A stretch of DNA of 64,000 nt, from assembly GCA_963699545.1 (NCBI GenBank), contig CAVOUE010000009.1:96001-160000 (forward strand), written 5' to 3'. The notes beneath the pieces are model-generated. The model was not told where the DNA came from, searched no databases, and worked only from the letters and a program-made list of their open reading frames with translations. The position numbers and the translations under genes were made by a program. This DNA comes from Nitrospirota bacterium. Its GTDB lineage: Bacteria > Nitrospirota > Thermodesulfovibrionia > Thermodesulfovibrionales > UBA9159. Below, piece by piece: positions 49,677 through 59,744 of this stretch. The first letter of the stretch is position 1. The number at the start of each line of letters is the position of its first letter.

Positions 49677-50700
49677 ATGAAAGTCGCGGTCTATTACAGC
49701 AATGACGATGTGCGAATAGAAGAACGTCCCGTTCCCCGCATAAATGACGCTGAGATCCTGGTGAAGATGATGGCATCCGGGATCTGCGGCACCGACGTCA
49801 TGCAGTGGTACAGGAGGGAAAAAGCGCCCCGAGTCCTGGGCCATGAAATGGCAGGTGAGGTCGTCGGGACCGGCAGCGCGGTGGAGGGATTCGGAAAAGG
49901 TGACCGCGTGTTCGTCTCCCATCATGTCCCCTGCTACCGGTGCCGTTACTGCAATGCGGGCAATTACACCGCCTGCAAATCCCTGCACACCGGGAACTAC
50001 GATCCCGGAGGGTTTTCAGAGTATATACGGGTCCCTGAAGAAAATGTGAGGTTCGGGACATTCCTCCTGCCCGGAGAAATGGCCTATGAGGACGCCGCGA
50101 TGATCGAGCCCCTGGGCTGCGTGGTTTCCGGACAGAAGGACCTCGGTCTGAAGAAGGGGCAGACCGTCGTGATCATAGGCTCCGGCATTTCCGGCCTGTT
50201 GCATCTCCAGGTGGCGAAACTGAAAGGTGCAACGGTTGTTGCGACAGATATCAGCAAGTACCGGCTTGACAGGGCCTCGGAATTCGGCGCCGACCATGTA
50301 TTCAACGCAGCGGACTATTCTGCAGACGCCTTGAAGGCCATCAATGACGGAATGCTGGCCGACCGTGTCATACTCTGTGCGGGAGCAAAACAGGCGATAG
50401 AGCATGCCGTCTCTTCCATAGACAGAAAGGGGAAGATCCTCTTTTTCGCCGTGTCCGAAGGAGAACATAACGATACCCTCCCTCAGGTTCTGGCGGGAGG
50501 AGATAGCGCTGAGCTTTTCCTACGGCGCCTCCCCTGATGATCTCCGTGAGGCAATGCATTTGATTGGGCAGGGCATGGTGGACGTACGGAAGATGGTCAC
50601 ACACAGGATCCCCCTCTCCCGGATCCAGACGGGGTTTACCTTGGTTTCAGAGGGAGGAGAATCTTTGAAGGTGGTGGTTGTTCCCGACGGTTTTGCCTGA
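49677..50700 (+). CDS. Zinc-dependent alcohol/sugar dehydrogenase, one +1 frameshift at ~50460-50466
   Basis: GICGTD, GHE, CYRCRYC...C, EPLGC, GSGISG; corrected frame ends THRIPL...SLKVVVVP. Confidence 0.88.
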
Positions 50701-50750
50701 CCCTGTCTTTCATTCTGTCGCCCTCAGGTAACCTCCTGTTATAATACCTC

Positions 50751-52139
50751 ATGTCTCTCAAACCACTAAGGATATTTTTCTCGGGCATCGGCGGGAGTGG
50801 CATGTCTGCGATCGCCTGCTTCATGCACGACAGGGGTCATACCATTGTCGGCTCTGACAGGGCCTTTGATCAAAACCCTTCTCATACCCTTTACAGGGGT
50901 CTGACGTCAAAGGGCATCACCATTGTGCACCAGGACGGCGAAGGCATAGACCCGTCCTTTGATCTTGCGGTATTCAGCACTGCGGTGGAGTCCGACCGGC
51001 CGGAGTTCATGAAGGCAAAGTCCCTGGGAATCTCTGTGAAGACGAGACCCGTGTACCTGACGGAGATCGTAAGACAATTCAGGACCATCGCCGTTGCAGG
51101 AACAAGCGGGAAATCGACCACCTCCGGCATGCTTGCATTTTTCATGGACAGATTGGGACTGGACCCGAATTTTATCGGCGGCGGCAGAGTCAAACAATTC
51201 AGGACCGGCACAAACCCCGGCAATTCCCTTTCGGGCCGTTCAGACCTGCTTGTCGTTGAGGCATGCGAGTCAGACGGCACTATTGTGAATTACAGGCCCC
51301 TCCATTCCGTGCTCCTTAACCTGGCCCTTGATCACCATTCAGTGGCTGAGACAGCCGGCATGTTCAAAGCCCTGATAGGGAACACGGCCGGGAAAGTGGT
51401 CATGAACGCGGATGACCTGCATCTTAATGAGATCAATGCGGCAGGCCCGGTCACTTTTTCTTTGGTCGAACCGTCGGACTACAGGGCGACCGATGTCTTA
51501 TGCAGGCCCCTTGAAAGCGCGTTCTCTGTGCGGGGGACGCGATTCAGTCTTTCCCTTCCCGGCAGATGCAACATCTATAACGCCCTTTCGTGCATCGCCG
51601 TTCTCTCTGAAATGGGAGTCCCCCTTGAAGAGATCGCGGCTGTCTCGGGCGAATTCAAGGGCATCGAGCGCCGTTTTGACATCCTTCTGGATGACGGGAG
51701 ATACCTGGTCATTGACGATTATGCCCACAATCCCCACAAGATATCCGCTCTCATGGAGGCAATGGAAAGCATCAGGGAGCGCATCTGCTATGTCTTCCAG
51801 CCCCATGGTTACGGGCCGACTAAAACGATGAAGGATGGCTATATAGAGGCATTCACCCGGTATCTCCGGGATGCCGATCACCTCATACTCCTTCCGATCT
51901 TTTATGCGGGTGGCACTGCGGCCAGGGACATCTCGAGCCATGACCTTGCTGACGCCATCAGCGCACGCGGCAAATCCGTGGAAGTGATCGAACGGAGGGA
52001 GACTCTGTTAAAGCGTGTCAGGGAGTGGGAGGCGTATGTGGTCCTTGGCGCGCGGGACGAAACACTCTCGGACCTTGCACGGGAGATCGCGAAAGCGTTA
52101 ATAATGACAGATACGGGAAAAGGCAGGGGGAAAGAGTAG
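50751..52139 (+). CDS. UDP-MurNAc-L-Ala ligase / Mpl-like Mur ligase
   Basis: GIGGSGMS, AGTSGKSTT, EACESDG, GIERRF, DDYAHNP, FQPHG. Confidence 0.85.
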   Translation: MSLKPLRIFFSGIGGSGMSAIACFMHDRGHTIVGSDRAFDQNPSHTLYRGLTSKGITIVHQDGEGIDPSFDLAVFSTAVESDRPEFMKAKSLGISVKTRPVYLTEIVRQFRTIAVAGTSGKSTTSGMLAFFMDRLGLDPNFIGGGRVKQFRTGTNPGNSLSGRSDLLVVEACESDGTIVNYRPLHSVLLNLALDHHSVAETAGMFKALIGNTAGKVVMNADDLHLNEINAAGPVTFSLVEPSDYRATDVLCRPLESAFSVRGTRFSLSLPGRCNIYNALSCIAVLSEMGVPLEEIAAVSGEFKGIERRFDILLDDGRYLVIDDYAHNPHKISALMEAMESIRERICYVFQPHGYGPTKTMKDGYIEAFTRYLRDADHLILLPIFYAGGTAARDISSHDLADAISARGKSVEVIERRETLLKRVREWEAYVVLGARDETLSDLAREIAKALIMTDTGKGRGKE

Positions 52140-52233
52140 GTCTCCTTTACACAGCGGGGCCTATTTCTTCTTCACGCCGGCCCTGTTACGCGTGTCCGCG
52201 AAGGTACCGGCCAGTGGGCACAGGAGGTGAAGC

Positions 52234-53061
52234 ATGTGTGCGCGTGATCCCTATCGTTTTGTCAATGAACTTGATGATGCCGCGGTCGAAAACCTCATCA
52301 ACCGACTTGAGAGCCGTGCCAAAGACAGAGTCTTCACGAGGCTTTTTGACAAATATGCCGCGCAGCTGAACCTGCCCCACGCTTCTCAAATCCTGGTAGT
52401 CGGGTGTGGAACAGGCGTGATCGTCCGTCTTCTCGCACACCGAAGTGACTTTCCCGGCATCGTTCTCGGGGTCGATCATAGTCGGGTCTTCATTGAGGCT
52501 GCGCGTCGTTTCGCGCACGAGGAAGGCATCGATGACCGCGTCGAGTTTCGCATCGGCGATGCTCACAGGCTGGACTTCCCGGAGGGTGCATTCGATGTGG
52601 CAATCGCCCACACCGTCATCAGTCATGTCACTGAGCCCGCAACAATTCTCAGGGAAATGGCCCGCGTCGTCCGCCCCGGGGGCACCGTCGCTGTCTTTGA
52701 TGGCGATTATGCCTCTCTGACCTTTGCCTGCCCTGATCCTGCATTCGGTCGTCAAATGGATGCAGCGCTTGCAACGGCCACTTTTAATAATCCTCTCGTC
52801 ATGCGTGACATGCCACGCATGCTGGCAGAGGTTGGACTGGAGGGCATCTCCGCGATGCCCGACGTGGTTGCCGAAATCGGGAAATGGAGCTACTTCAAGT
52901 CTTTCGCAGAGACGAATGCCCCGCTTGTTGCGGCCGGCGGCCTGCTGTCAGCGGAAGCGGTTGCGGAATGGCTGACTGCGCAGCGGCAATCGGTAGATCA
53001 TGGAACTTTTTTCGCATCTTGCAATTACTACACCTATCTGGCCCGGCGACCGGCAAAATGA
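52234..53061 (+). CDS. Class I SAM-dependent methyltransferase
   Basis: VGCGTG, GDA, FD, EMARVVRPGG. Confidence 0.85.
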   Translation: MCARDPYRFVNELDDAAVENLINRLESRAKDRVFTRLFDKYAAQLNLPHASQILVVGCGTGVIVRLLAHRSDFPGIVLGVDHSRVFIEAARRFAHEEGIDDRVEFRIGDAHRLDFPEGAFDVAIAHTVISHVTEPATILREMARVVRPGGTVAVFDGDYASLTFACPDPAFGRQMDAALATATFNNPLVMRDMPRMLAEVGLEGISAMPDVVAEIGKWSYFKSFAETNAPLVAAGGLLSAEAVAEWLTAQRQSVDHGTFFASCNYYTYLARRPAK

Positions 53062-53257
53062 AAAGCGGGGAAAATTACGTTTCAAACCCCGACAATTTCT
53101 CCGAGTGATGTCGGCTTCTGTGAGAACCCTTTCCTGTTGCTCTGTAGCTTTAAATCGGGCGACTGCTTCAATTGATCATACCCCTTCAGTACCTCTCCTG
53201 ATAAAACCATATGCTTCAGAATATCGGTCAGTGATTCTGATACAATAAAGCAACCCA

Positions 53258-53917
53258 ATGAACAGGACAATCATCAGATCATTAAACATCGGCCTGCCGA
53301 AGAAAGAAGTATTCCACGGCAGGGAGATAGTCACCGGGATTTGCAAGACTCCCGTATCAGAACGGTTACGCCTCAGGAAGTCTGGATTTGAAGGTGACGG
53401 GGTCGGGGACCTGAAGCACCATGGAGGGCACGACAAAGCTGTGTGTGTCTATAGTGCAGAACATTATCCATACTGGGAAACTCTTCTCGGAATTACGCTG
53501 CCCTTTGCCGCATTTGGTGAGAACCTCTCTGTCGCCAATCTCTATGAGGACGATGTCTGTGTTGGAGATGTTTTCGTGTTGGGAACAGCAACGGTACAGG
53601 TCAGCCAGCCACGGCAGCCCTGCAAGACACTCGCAGCCCGATATGGGAGGGCCGACATGATAAAGCTCGTCATAGACTCGGGCCACACCGGCTTCTATCT
53701 CAGGGTACTCGAAGAGGGCATTGTGGAGAAGGGCAGCCCCTTTGTTCTGCGAGACAGAGAACCGCATGGGATATCGATCACTTTTGCCAACCATATGCTC
53801 CATCACGACAGGACGAATCGGGAGGGGATCAGAAAAGTCCTTGAGGTGCCCGCCCTTTCTGAATCTTGGCGGAAATCTTTCCTGGAATTAAGCGAGAAGT
53901 GTAAGCAAAATCGATGA
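53258..53917 (+). CDS. MOSC domain protein (YiiM-like) with 3-alpha domain
   Basis: HGGHDKAV, FGENL, VSQPRQPC, TGFYLRVLEEG, LSESW. Confidence 0.9.
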   Translation: MNRTIIRSLNIGLPKKEVFHGREIVTGICKTPVSERLRLRKSGFEGDGVGDLKHHGGHDKAVCVYSAEHYPYWETLLGITLPFAAFGENLSVANLYEDDVCVGDVFVLGTATVQVSQPRQPCKTLAARYGRADMIKLVIDSGHTGFYLRVLEEGIVEKGSPFVLRDREPHGISITFANHMLHHDRTNREGIRKVLEVPALSESWRKSFLELSEKCKQNR

Positions 53918-53979
53918 AAGAGAGGGATAAAAAAGGGGGGACCCATCCCACCGATCTTTTTGCAGTGATATAATAGGCA

Positions 53980-54600
53980 ATGGACGAGCTTGCCAGGCAA
54001 TACGTGCTCTCCTTTTACGACAAAACGCTCCGGATGTTCGGCGACCGGCCTGAGGCGCTCAGATGGACTTCAAGGGGGCAGGTGCTGCACTATGAAGCCC
54101 TGCTCGACATTGCGGACAGCATCCATGGGAAAAAGGTCCTCGATTTCGGATGCGGGAAGGGGGACTTTTGCTGCTTCCTGAAACAGAGAGATATCCAGGT
54201 CGATTACACGGGGCTCGATATCAACGAAAAACTCATCGGTAGGGCACGCGAGAATAACCCCGGGACAGTCTTCAGGGTCTTTGACATCGAACAAGACACG
54301 CTCGATGAGGACTTTGACTACATCTTCCTTTGCGGTGTGTTCAACCTGAATGTCCAGGGTATCGAAGAGATGATCAGGAGCGCGCTGAAGAAGCTCTTCG
54401 GTCGCTGCAGGATCGGACTGGCCTTCAATGCCCCCTCTGCTCACAACCCGAAAAAGGATTTTGAACTGCACTACGTCTCTCCGGAAGACATCTTCAGCTT
54501 TGCGATGAGGAACCTCTCACCCTTTGTCTCGATACGGCATGACAGGATGCCGTATGACTTTACCATGTTCGTCTACAGGGAGATCAGGTCCTTTTACTGA
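53980..54600 (+). CDS. Class I SAM-dependent methyltransferase
   Basis: VLDFGCGKG, YTGLDIN, FDY..LCGVFN, AFN. Confidence 0.85.
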   Translation: MDELARQYVLSFYDKTLRMFGDRPEALRWTSRGQVLHYEALLDIADSIHGKKVLDFGCGKGDFCCFLKQRDIQVDYTGLDINEKLIGRARENNPGTVFRVFDIEQDTLDEDFDYIFLCGVFNLNVQGIEEMIRSALKKLFGRCRIGLAFNAPSAHNPKKDFELHYVSPEDIFSFAMRNLSPFVSIRHDRMPYDFTMFVYREIRSFY

Positions 54601-54677
54601 CGGGCGAGGGACCCGGCCACCGGGACACGTAACCCTGAGCAATGAGACACGTGAGAGGAACGTTACTTACGGAAGCA

Positions 54678-54998
54678 TCACTCTTTTCCTTTGATGGTCC
54701 CCGCTGCAGGGTCATAGTCGTATTTGCTGTTGTCAAGCGGGGTTCCGGTAAAATACGCCAGTTCCTCGATGTCTTTTGGGTACCTGTCGTTCATGACATG
54801 AAATGATCTGATCGCGTCCTGAAGGCTCTTGACGTCCATCTGTTTGGCGAACTGCTGTGTGCCGGTGTATGCCCGCGTGACATCGTCTCCGTACTGTTCT
54901 ACAGGATTTCTGCTCTTATTCTCTCCGGTGATCTTGCTTTCGCACGACACAAGCGAAATAAGGATTGACAAAAGGAAGAATACAAGAAGTCTTCTCAT
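54678..54998 (-). CDS. Hypothetical lipoprotein
   Basis: Lipobox LVSC; AIRSF...RYPKDIEEL motif reminiscent of pilin-like domains. Confidence 0.7.
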   Translation of the reverse strand: MRRLLVFFLLSILISLVSCESKITGENKSRNPVEQYGDDVTRAYTGTQQFAKQMDVKSLQDAIRSFHVMNDRYPKDIEELAYFTGTPLDNSKYDYDPAAGTIKGKE

Positions 54999-55029
54999 AT
55001 ATAGAGAAAGTATACACTATTTCCGCTGT

Positions 55030-56334
55030 CTATGATGTATACCCGCTCTCGCCGTGTTGGCTGAGATCGAGACCGTCCACCTCATCTTCCAGACTCACCC
55101 GCAGCCCCATGGTCCAGTCAATGACCTTGAGCATCACAGCGGTCACCACAAATGAGTAAAGCGTCACCGCCAGGATGCCGACCACCTGGGTGACCAGGAC
55201 CTTGTAGTTGCCGAAAAGAAGACCGTCCGCTCCGGAGGGATTAATGAGCTTCTGCGCGAACACGCCGGTGGCAAGGGTTCCGAGGATCCCGCCCACGCCG
55301 TGAACTCCGAAGGCGTCCAGCGAATCGTCATACCCGAGTTTCCCTTTCATATTCAACGCCACATAGCATAACGATCCCGCTGCCGCCCCGATGAGAAGTG
55401 CAGGCATCGGCCCTACAAATCCCGACGCCGGGGTTATCGTGGCAAGCCCCGCGATGGAGCCGGTAGCAGCTCCGAACATGGTGGGCTTGCCCCTGTGCAG
55501 CCACTCGATAATTACCCAGGTCAGGGTGGCGGAAACAGCGGATATATGGGTGACCGCAAAGGTCATGGCGCTCAGGCCACCGGATGAAAGAGCGCTTCCC
55601 GCATTGAAACCGAACCATCCGAACCAGAGAAGGCCTGCCCCGATCACCGTCATGGGAAGATCGTGCGGCATAATGGTCTCACGCAGGTATCCTTTCCTCT
55701 TCCCTATAATAAGTGCCGCAGCAAGGGCAGAAATGCCCGAGGTGATGTGCACCACTATGCCGCCGGCAAAATCCAGTACCCCGAGGTCCTTGAGCCATCC
55801 TCCTGTTCCCCAGACCCAATGGGCAACAGGGTCATAGACAATTGTCGACCAGAGGACGGTGAAAACGAGAAACGCCGAAAACTTCATCCTTTCCGCAAAG
55901 GCCCCCGAGATCAGCGCGGGAGTGATCACCGCAAACATTGCCTGATAGATCATGAACGCGATATGAGGCACCGTGGCGGCATAATCAGCATTCGGCTCCA
56001 CTCCCACACCGTTCAACCCGACCCAGTCAAGGCCTCCAATGATCCCGTGAACATCAGGGCCGAAGGAGAGGCTGTAGCCGAAAAGGATCCACTGGACGCT
56101 CACCACAGCTATGGCCACAAAGCTCTGCATGATGGTTGCGAGAACATTTTTCCTCCGCACCATCCCTCCGTAGAACATTGCAAGCCCGGGGGTCATGAGC
56201 ATTACAAAAGCGGCTGAGAGCAGGACGAAGGCGGTATCGCCCGCATCCACCTTGCCTGGTGTTTGAGCGTATGCGCTCAGGGGAAGTGAGAGAACAAACA
56301 CAGCTGAAAGCAGCCTGATGATCCATTTTTTCAT
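55030..56334 (-). CDS. amtB: Ammonium transporter (copy 2)
   Basis: MTPGLAMFYGG, FAVIT, AER, HWVWG, DFAGGIVVH, LWFGWFGFNAGS, DDSLDAFGVHG, GLDLSQHGE. Confidence 0.95.
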   Translation of the reverse strand: MKKWIIRLLSAVFVLSLPLSAYAQTPGKVDAGDTAFVLLSAAFVMLMTPGLAMFYGGMVRRKNVLATIMQSFVAIAVVSVQWILFGYSLSFGPDVHGIIGGLDWVGLNGVGVEPNADYAATVPHIAFMIYQAMFAVITPALISGAFAERMKFSAFLVFTVLWSTIVYDPVAHWVWGTGGWLKDLGVLDFAGGIVVHITSGISALAAALIIGKRKGYLRETIMPHDLPMTVIGAGLLWFGWFGFNAGSALSSGGLSAMTFAVTHISAVSATLTWVIIEWLHRGKPTMFGAATGSIAGLATITPASGFVGPMPALLIGAAAGSLCYVALNMKGKLGYDDSLDAFGVHGVGGILGTLATGVFAQKLINPSGADGLLFGNYKVLVTQVVGILAVTLYSFVVTAVMLKVIDWTMGLRVSLEDEVDGLDLSQHGESGYTS

Positions 56335-56490
56335 GGCACACTCCTTCCGGGGGATTACTGAAGAACCCTGCCCCGCTATCTTCCGGGATGAGGTATCTTA
56401 ACGAAACGAACGATTCCTTTTTCCATCCGCTCGCTCACCCCACAGCCCGCCGAGGCGGTCGGGGTGGAGCTCGCTATTCGTCCCCAGGAG

Positions 56491-56510
56491 TATAGCGAAA
56501 GGCGTGCCAG
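56491..56510 (-). promoter_or_regulatory. sigma54 (-24/-12) promoter of amtB copy 2
   Basis: Minus strand CTGGCACGCCTTTCGCTATA = TGGCAC-N5-TCGC, GG-N10-GC spacing. Confidence 0.8.
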
Positions 56511-56513
56511 AGG

Positions 56514-56526
56514 TAACATATTGATT
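56514..56526 (-). promoter_or_regulatory. IHF-binding site next to the sigma54 promoter
   Basis: Minus strand AATCAATATGTTA matches WATCAA-N4-TTR. Confidence 0.55.
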
Positions 56527-56563
56527 ATACTGGACAAAAAGAAACCTGCCTTTTCCGTGAAGA

Positions 56564-56666
56564 CTACAAAAATGTAGCTGGAGGGATTCCTGATGGTAAT
56601 TTATTCTGTAAAAATAAGGGGATAGTGCATTATCCTACATTTTTGCAGCACCTACAAAAATGTAGG
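56564..56666. promoter_or_regulatory. Three palindromic candidate enhancer (UAS) sites, TACA-N4-TGYA
   Basis: CTACAAAAATGTAG (56564-56577), CCTACATTTTTGCAG (56634-56648), CCTACAAAAATGTAGG (56651-56666). Confidence 0.65.
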
Positions 56667-56708
56667 CGCAAAGACCGGACGCTGCGTTCCCTGCTCCTGA
56701 ACTTGTTG

Positions 56709-56746
56709 TTGCTGCAGGGCCGGCTCAGAGGCCGGCCCTGCAGCAA
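56709..56746 (-). terminator. 16-bp perfect stem-loop downstream of the PII gene
   Basis: TTGCTGCAGGGCCGGC-TCAGAG-GCCGGCCCTGCAGCAA. Confidence 0.6.
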
Positions 56747-56771
56747 ACGTCTCAGACTTCCCTTGGTGACC

Positions 56772-57128
<357 letters not shown>

Positions 57129-57186
57129 TCAGAGGTCGTGGCTCGTTGCTCACGCAAGAACCATAACCTCTGAACCATGAGCTTCT

Positions 57187-58563
57187 TTATAAGTTATATG
57201 CCTTTTCGCCGTGCTGGCTCTCGTCAAGACCGGTGACTTCATCTTCAGGGTCTACCCTGAGCCCAACGAACACCTTTATGACCATGAAGATCACGAAGGT
57301 CATAAGCCCACTATACACCATGGTCACCCCTACCGCGATGATCTGGGTCATGAGCTGTCCGGGATTTCCGAAGAGAAGACCCTTGCCTGCATCATTTATC
57401 GACGGGTCCGCAAAGACACCGGTCAGAATAGCCCCGATGGTTCCGCCTACGCCGTGGATGCCAAAGGCATCAAGGGTGTCGTCATATCCCAGTTTAGGTT
57501 TCAGGACCGCAACTGCAAAGAACGGTATAACGCCGGCCGCGATTCCGATGATGATGGCGCCGCTGATGTTCACGAAGCCCGCAGCCGGGGTGATCGCGAC
57601 CAGGCCGGCCACCGCACCCGATGCGAGACCCAGGACCGTCGGTTTCTTGGAATGCAGCCATTCTGTGAACATCCATGAGAGCGCTGCCACTGCCGTAGCC
57701 GTATTCGTGTTAAGAAACGCAGCTCCGGCAAGTCCGTTCGCCGCAACCGCAGAGCCTGCATTAAAACCGAACCATCCGAACCAGAGAAGGCCTGCGCCGG
57801 TGACCACCAGGGTCAGGTTGCCCGGAAGGAGGGCCTTCTCGCGTCTCTTGCCCAGGACCAATGCACCAACAAGGGCTGCGATACCGGCGTTGATATGGAC
57901 AACAGTACCGCCGGCAAAGTCCAGCGCCCCGAGTTTCTGGAGGAAACCGCCGCCCCATACCCAATGGGCAACCGGCACATACACCAGGGTCATCCAGAGT
58001 ATCGAAAAGAGGACCCAGGCCGAGAACTTCATCCGTTCGATGTATGCGCCGCTCGCAAGGGCAACAGTGATCGCCGCAAAGGTGAGCTGGTAGACAATGT
58101 AAATATACTCGGGTATCGTCTTTGCCAGATCAGAAATGCTGTTCGGGCCGATACCCTTAAGAAAGAACTTCTCGGCGCTTCCCAGTATCCCTCCTATGTC
58201 AGTCCCAAAGGAAAACGTGTACCCGTAGATGACCCAGAGGACACTCACGATACAGAACGTTACAAAGGTCATGGCCATCGTATTGAGAGAGTCCTTCCGC
58301 TTTGCGAGCCCTCCATAGAAAAGCGCCAGTCCGGGTATCGACATGAGCATGACCAGAGCAGTAGCAACGATCATCCATGCCGTATCGCCCGTGTCGATCT
58401 TCAATGGAACCGGCGTGGGCTGGGAAGATGCCGGCTGAGCAGGCGGCGCAGCCTGCTCAGCGCTTGTGGTCGGAGGGTTAGGAAGCACCTTTTCCTCGGC
58501 AAGCACAAGACCTGCCAATCCCAGAAAGCTTAATAGTATTACTATACTGACCAATCGTTTCAT
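57187..58563 (-). CDS. amtB: Ammonium transporter (copy 1)
   Basis: PGLALFYGG, HWVWGGG, DFAGGTVVH, WFGWFGFNAGS, DDTLDAFGIHG, GLDESQHGEKAY. Confidence 0.95.
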   Translation of the reverse strand: MKRLVSIVILLSFLGLAGLVLAEEKVLPNPPTTSAEQAAPPAQPASSQPTPVPLKIDTGDTAWMIVATALVMLMSIPGLALFYGGLAKRKDSLNTMAMTFVTFCIVSVLWVIYGYTFSFGTDIGGILGSAEKFFLKGIGPNSISDLAKTIPEYIYIVYQLTFAAITVALASGAYIERMKFSAWVLFSILWMTLVYVPVAHWVWGGGFLQKLGALDFAGGTVVHINAGIAALVGALVLGKRREKALLPGNLTLVVTGAGLLWFGWFGFNAGSAVAANGLAGAAFLNTNTATAVAALSWMFTEWLHSKKPTVLGLASGAVAGLVAITPAAGFVNISGAIIIGIAAGVIPFFAVAVLKPKLGYDDTLDAFGIHGVGGTIGAILTGVFADPSINDAGKGLLFGNPGQLMTQIIAVGVTMVYSGLMTFVIFMVIKVFVGLRVDPEDEVTGLDESQHGEKAYNL

Positions 58564-58592
58564 TTCAAACCTCCTCATACCTTTATGCGTTC

Positions 58593-59708
58593 TTACCATG
58601 TGTACATAACACCGAGTGCGATAGTATCCTGGCTCTTCCTCTTGCTGCCGCTGCTGCTGCCGGGGAACGACTCCTCGTCTGACCAGTCATGCCGATACTC
58701 AGGCCTCAACAGCAGGTTTTTGGCCACCGTGAACTGAGGGGTAAGGGTCACCTCCTGCAATTTCTGGGCGGTACCGGTCCTCGCGCCGTCTGTGTCCTTG
58801 AAATACTCATATCTGAGCGCGATGCTGAACAGGTCATTGACGTCATACTTCGCAATGCCCGCGCCGCCCCACCACGTGGCAGTGCCACCGTCTGCAGCCG
58901 AGTGCTGCTCAGACCCGTAATCAAAATTGAGAATGAAAGAAAGGTTCTTCGTTGCTTTAACGGTCCCGACCCAGTCAAAGAGGAATCTTTCATCGTGGTT
59001 ATTGTCCGGCTTCTCAGGACCATACATCACATTGAACAACATGGAAAGCTGTTCCATTGGCGTAGCGCCCAAAGACAATCCGACGCTCTTGCCCTTGTTG
59101 TTGTCGTTGGTGTCATCCCAGCCATTCACAAGAAATAAGGCCCCATTGAACGCATCACTGAACGGGTAACTGACCTTGAAGCCCGTATGGGTGAACGGGA
59201 TAGCATAGTTGAACAGAAATGAACGCGAATAATTAGGATTGTCCCGGGCCTCAATGACCTCAGCCCCAAAGTAGGTGACAAACTTCCCGAAATCAAACCT
59301 CAGTCCCTTACCTACAGGTGCCGTGTAGCTTACATACGCCTCAGTAAGGTCAAACACGTCGTCACTGCTGCCAAGACCATTTGAATGGATAAACTTTGCT
59401 GTTTCACCCACAGACAGCTTCAGTTTGTACCCCAGGCCGCCAACAGCGGGTTCTTTCAGGAACTGCAGCTGGGCAAGGTCCACAAGAAAGCTGTTTGCCT
59501 GCTGGTCAAAGACCCTCAGCCCGTTCTCCTTGTTTGCGGGGTTCTCAAAGTTGTAGGTATACCCCCCCTGCAGATAGATGCTCATGCCAAGGGCGTTCTT
59601 GATGTCCTCTGCGGACATGACAGGTTTCTTCTCCTCTGAAAAAGCGCTCATCGAAAACACAAAGACCACCATTATCAATACGCTGATGCTCACAAACCTT
59701 TTCATCAC
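58593..59708 (-). CDS. Outer membrane beta-barrel porin (DUF1597/BBP2-like)
   Basis: Signal peptide, EAYV, GKFVT..GAEVIE...NPNYSRSFLF...PFTHTG, C-terminal aromatic YTW. Confidence 0.8.
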   Translation of the reverse strand: MMKRFVSISVLIMVVFVFSMSAFSEEKKPVMSAEDIKNALGMSIYLQGGYTYNFENPANKENGLRVFDQQANSFLVDLAQLQFLKEPAVGGLGYKLKLSVGETAKFIHSNGLGSSDDVFDLTEAYVSYTAPVGKGLRFDFGKFVTYFGAEVIEARDNPNYSRSFLFNYAIPFTHTGFKVSYPFSDAFNGALFLVNGWDDTNDNNKGKSVGLSLGATPMEQLSMLFNVMYGPEKPDNNHDERFLFDWVGTVKATKNLSFILNFDYGSEQHSAADGGTATWWGGAGIAKYDVNDLFSIALRYEYFKDTDGARTGTAQKLQEVTLTPQFTVAKNLLLRPEYRHDWSDEESFPGSSSGSKRKSQDTIALGVMYTW

Positions 59709-59744
59709 TTCTCCCTCCTTTGCCGTCTTTTTTTTTGCGTTCTC

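Noticed and set aside
6983-50700. Treating the frameshifted genes as real pseudogenes or programmed frameshifts
   Set aside because: Single identical +1 events at one motif on either strand with no other decay; an artefact is more parsimonious.
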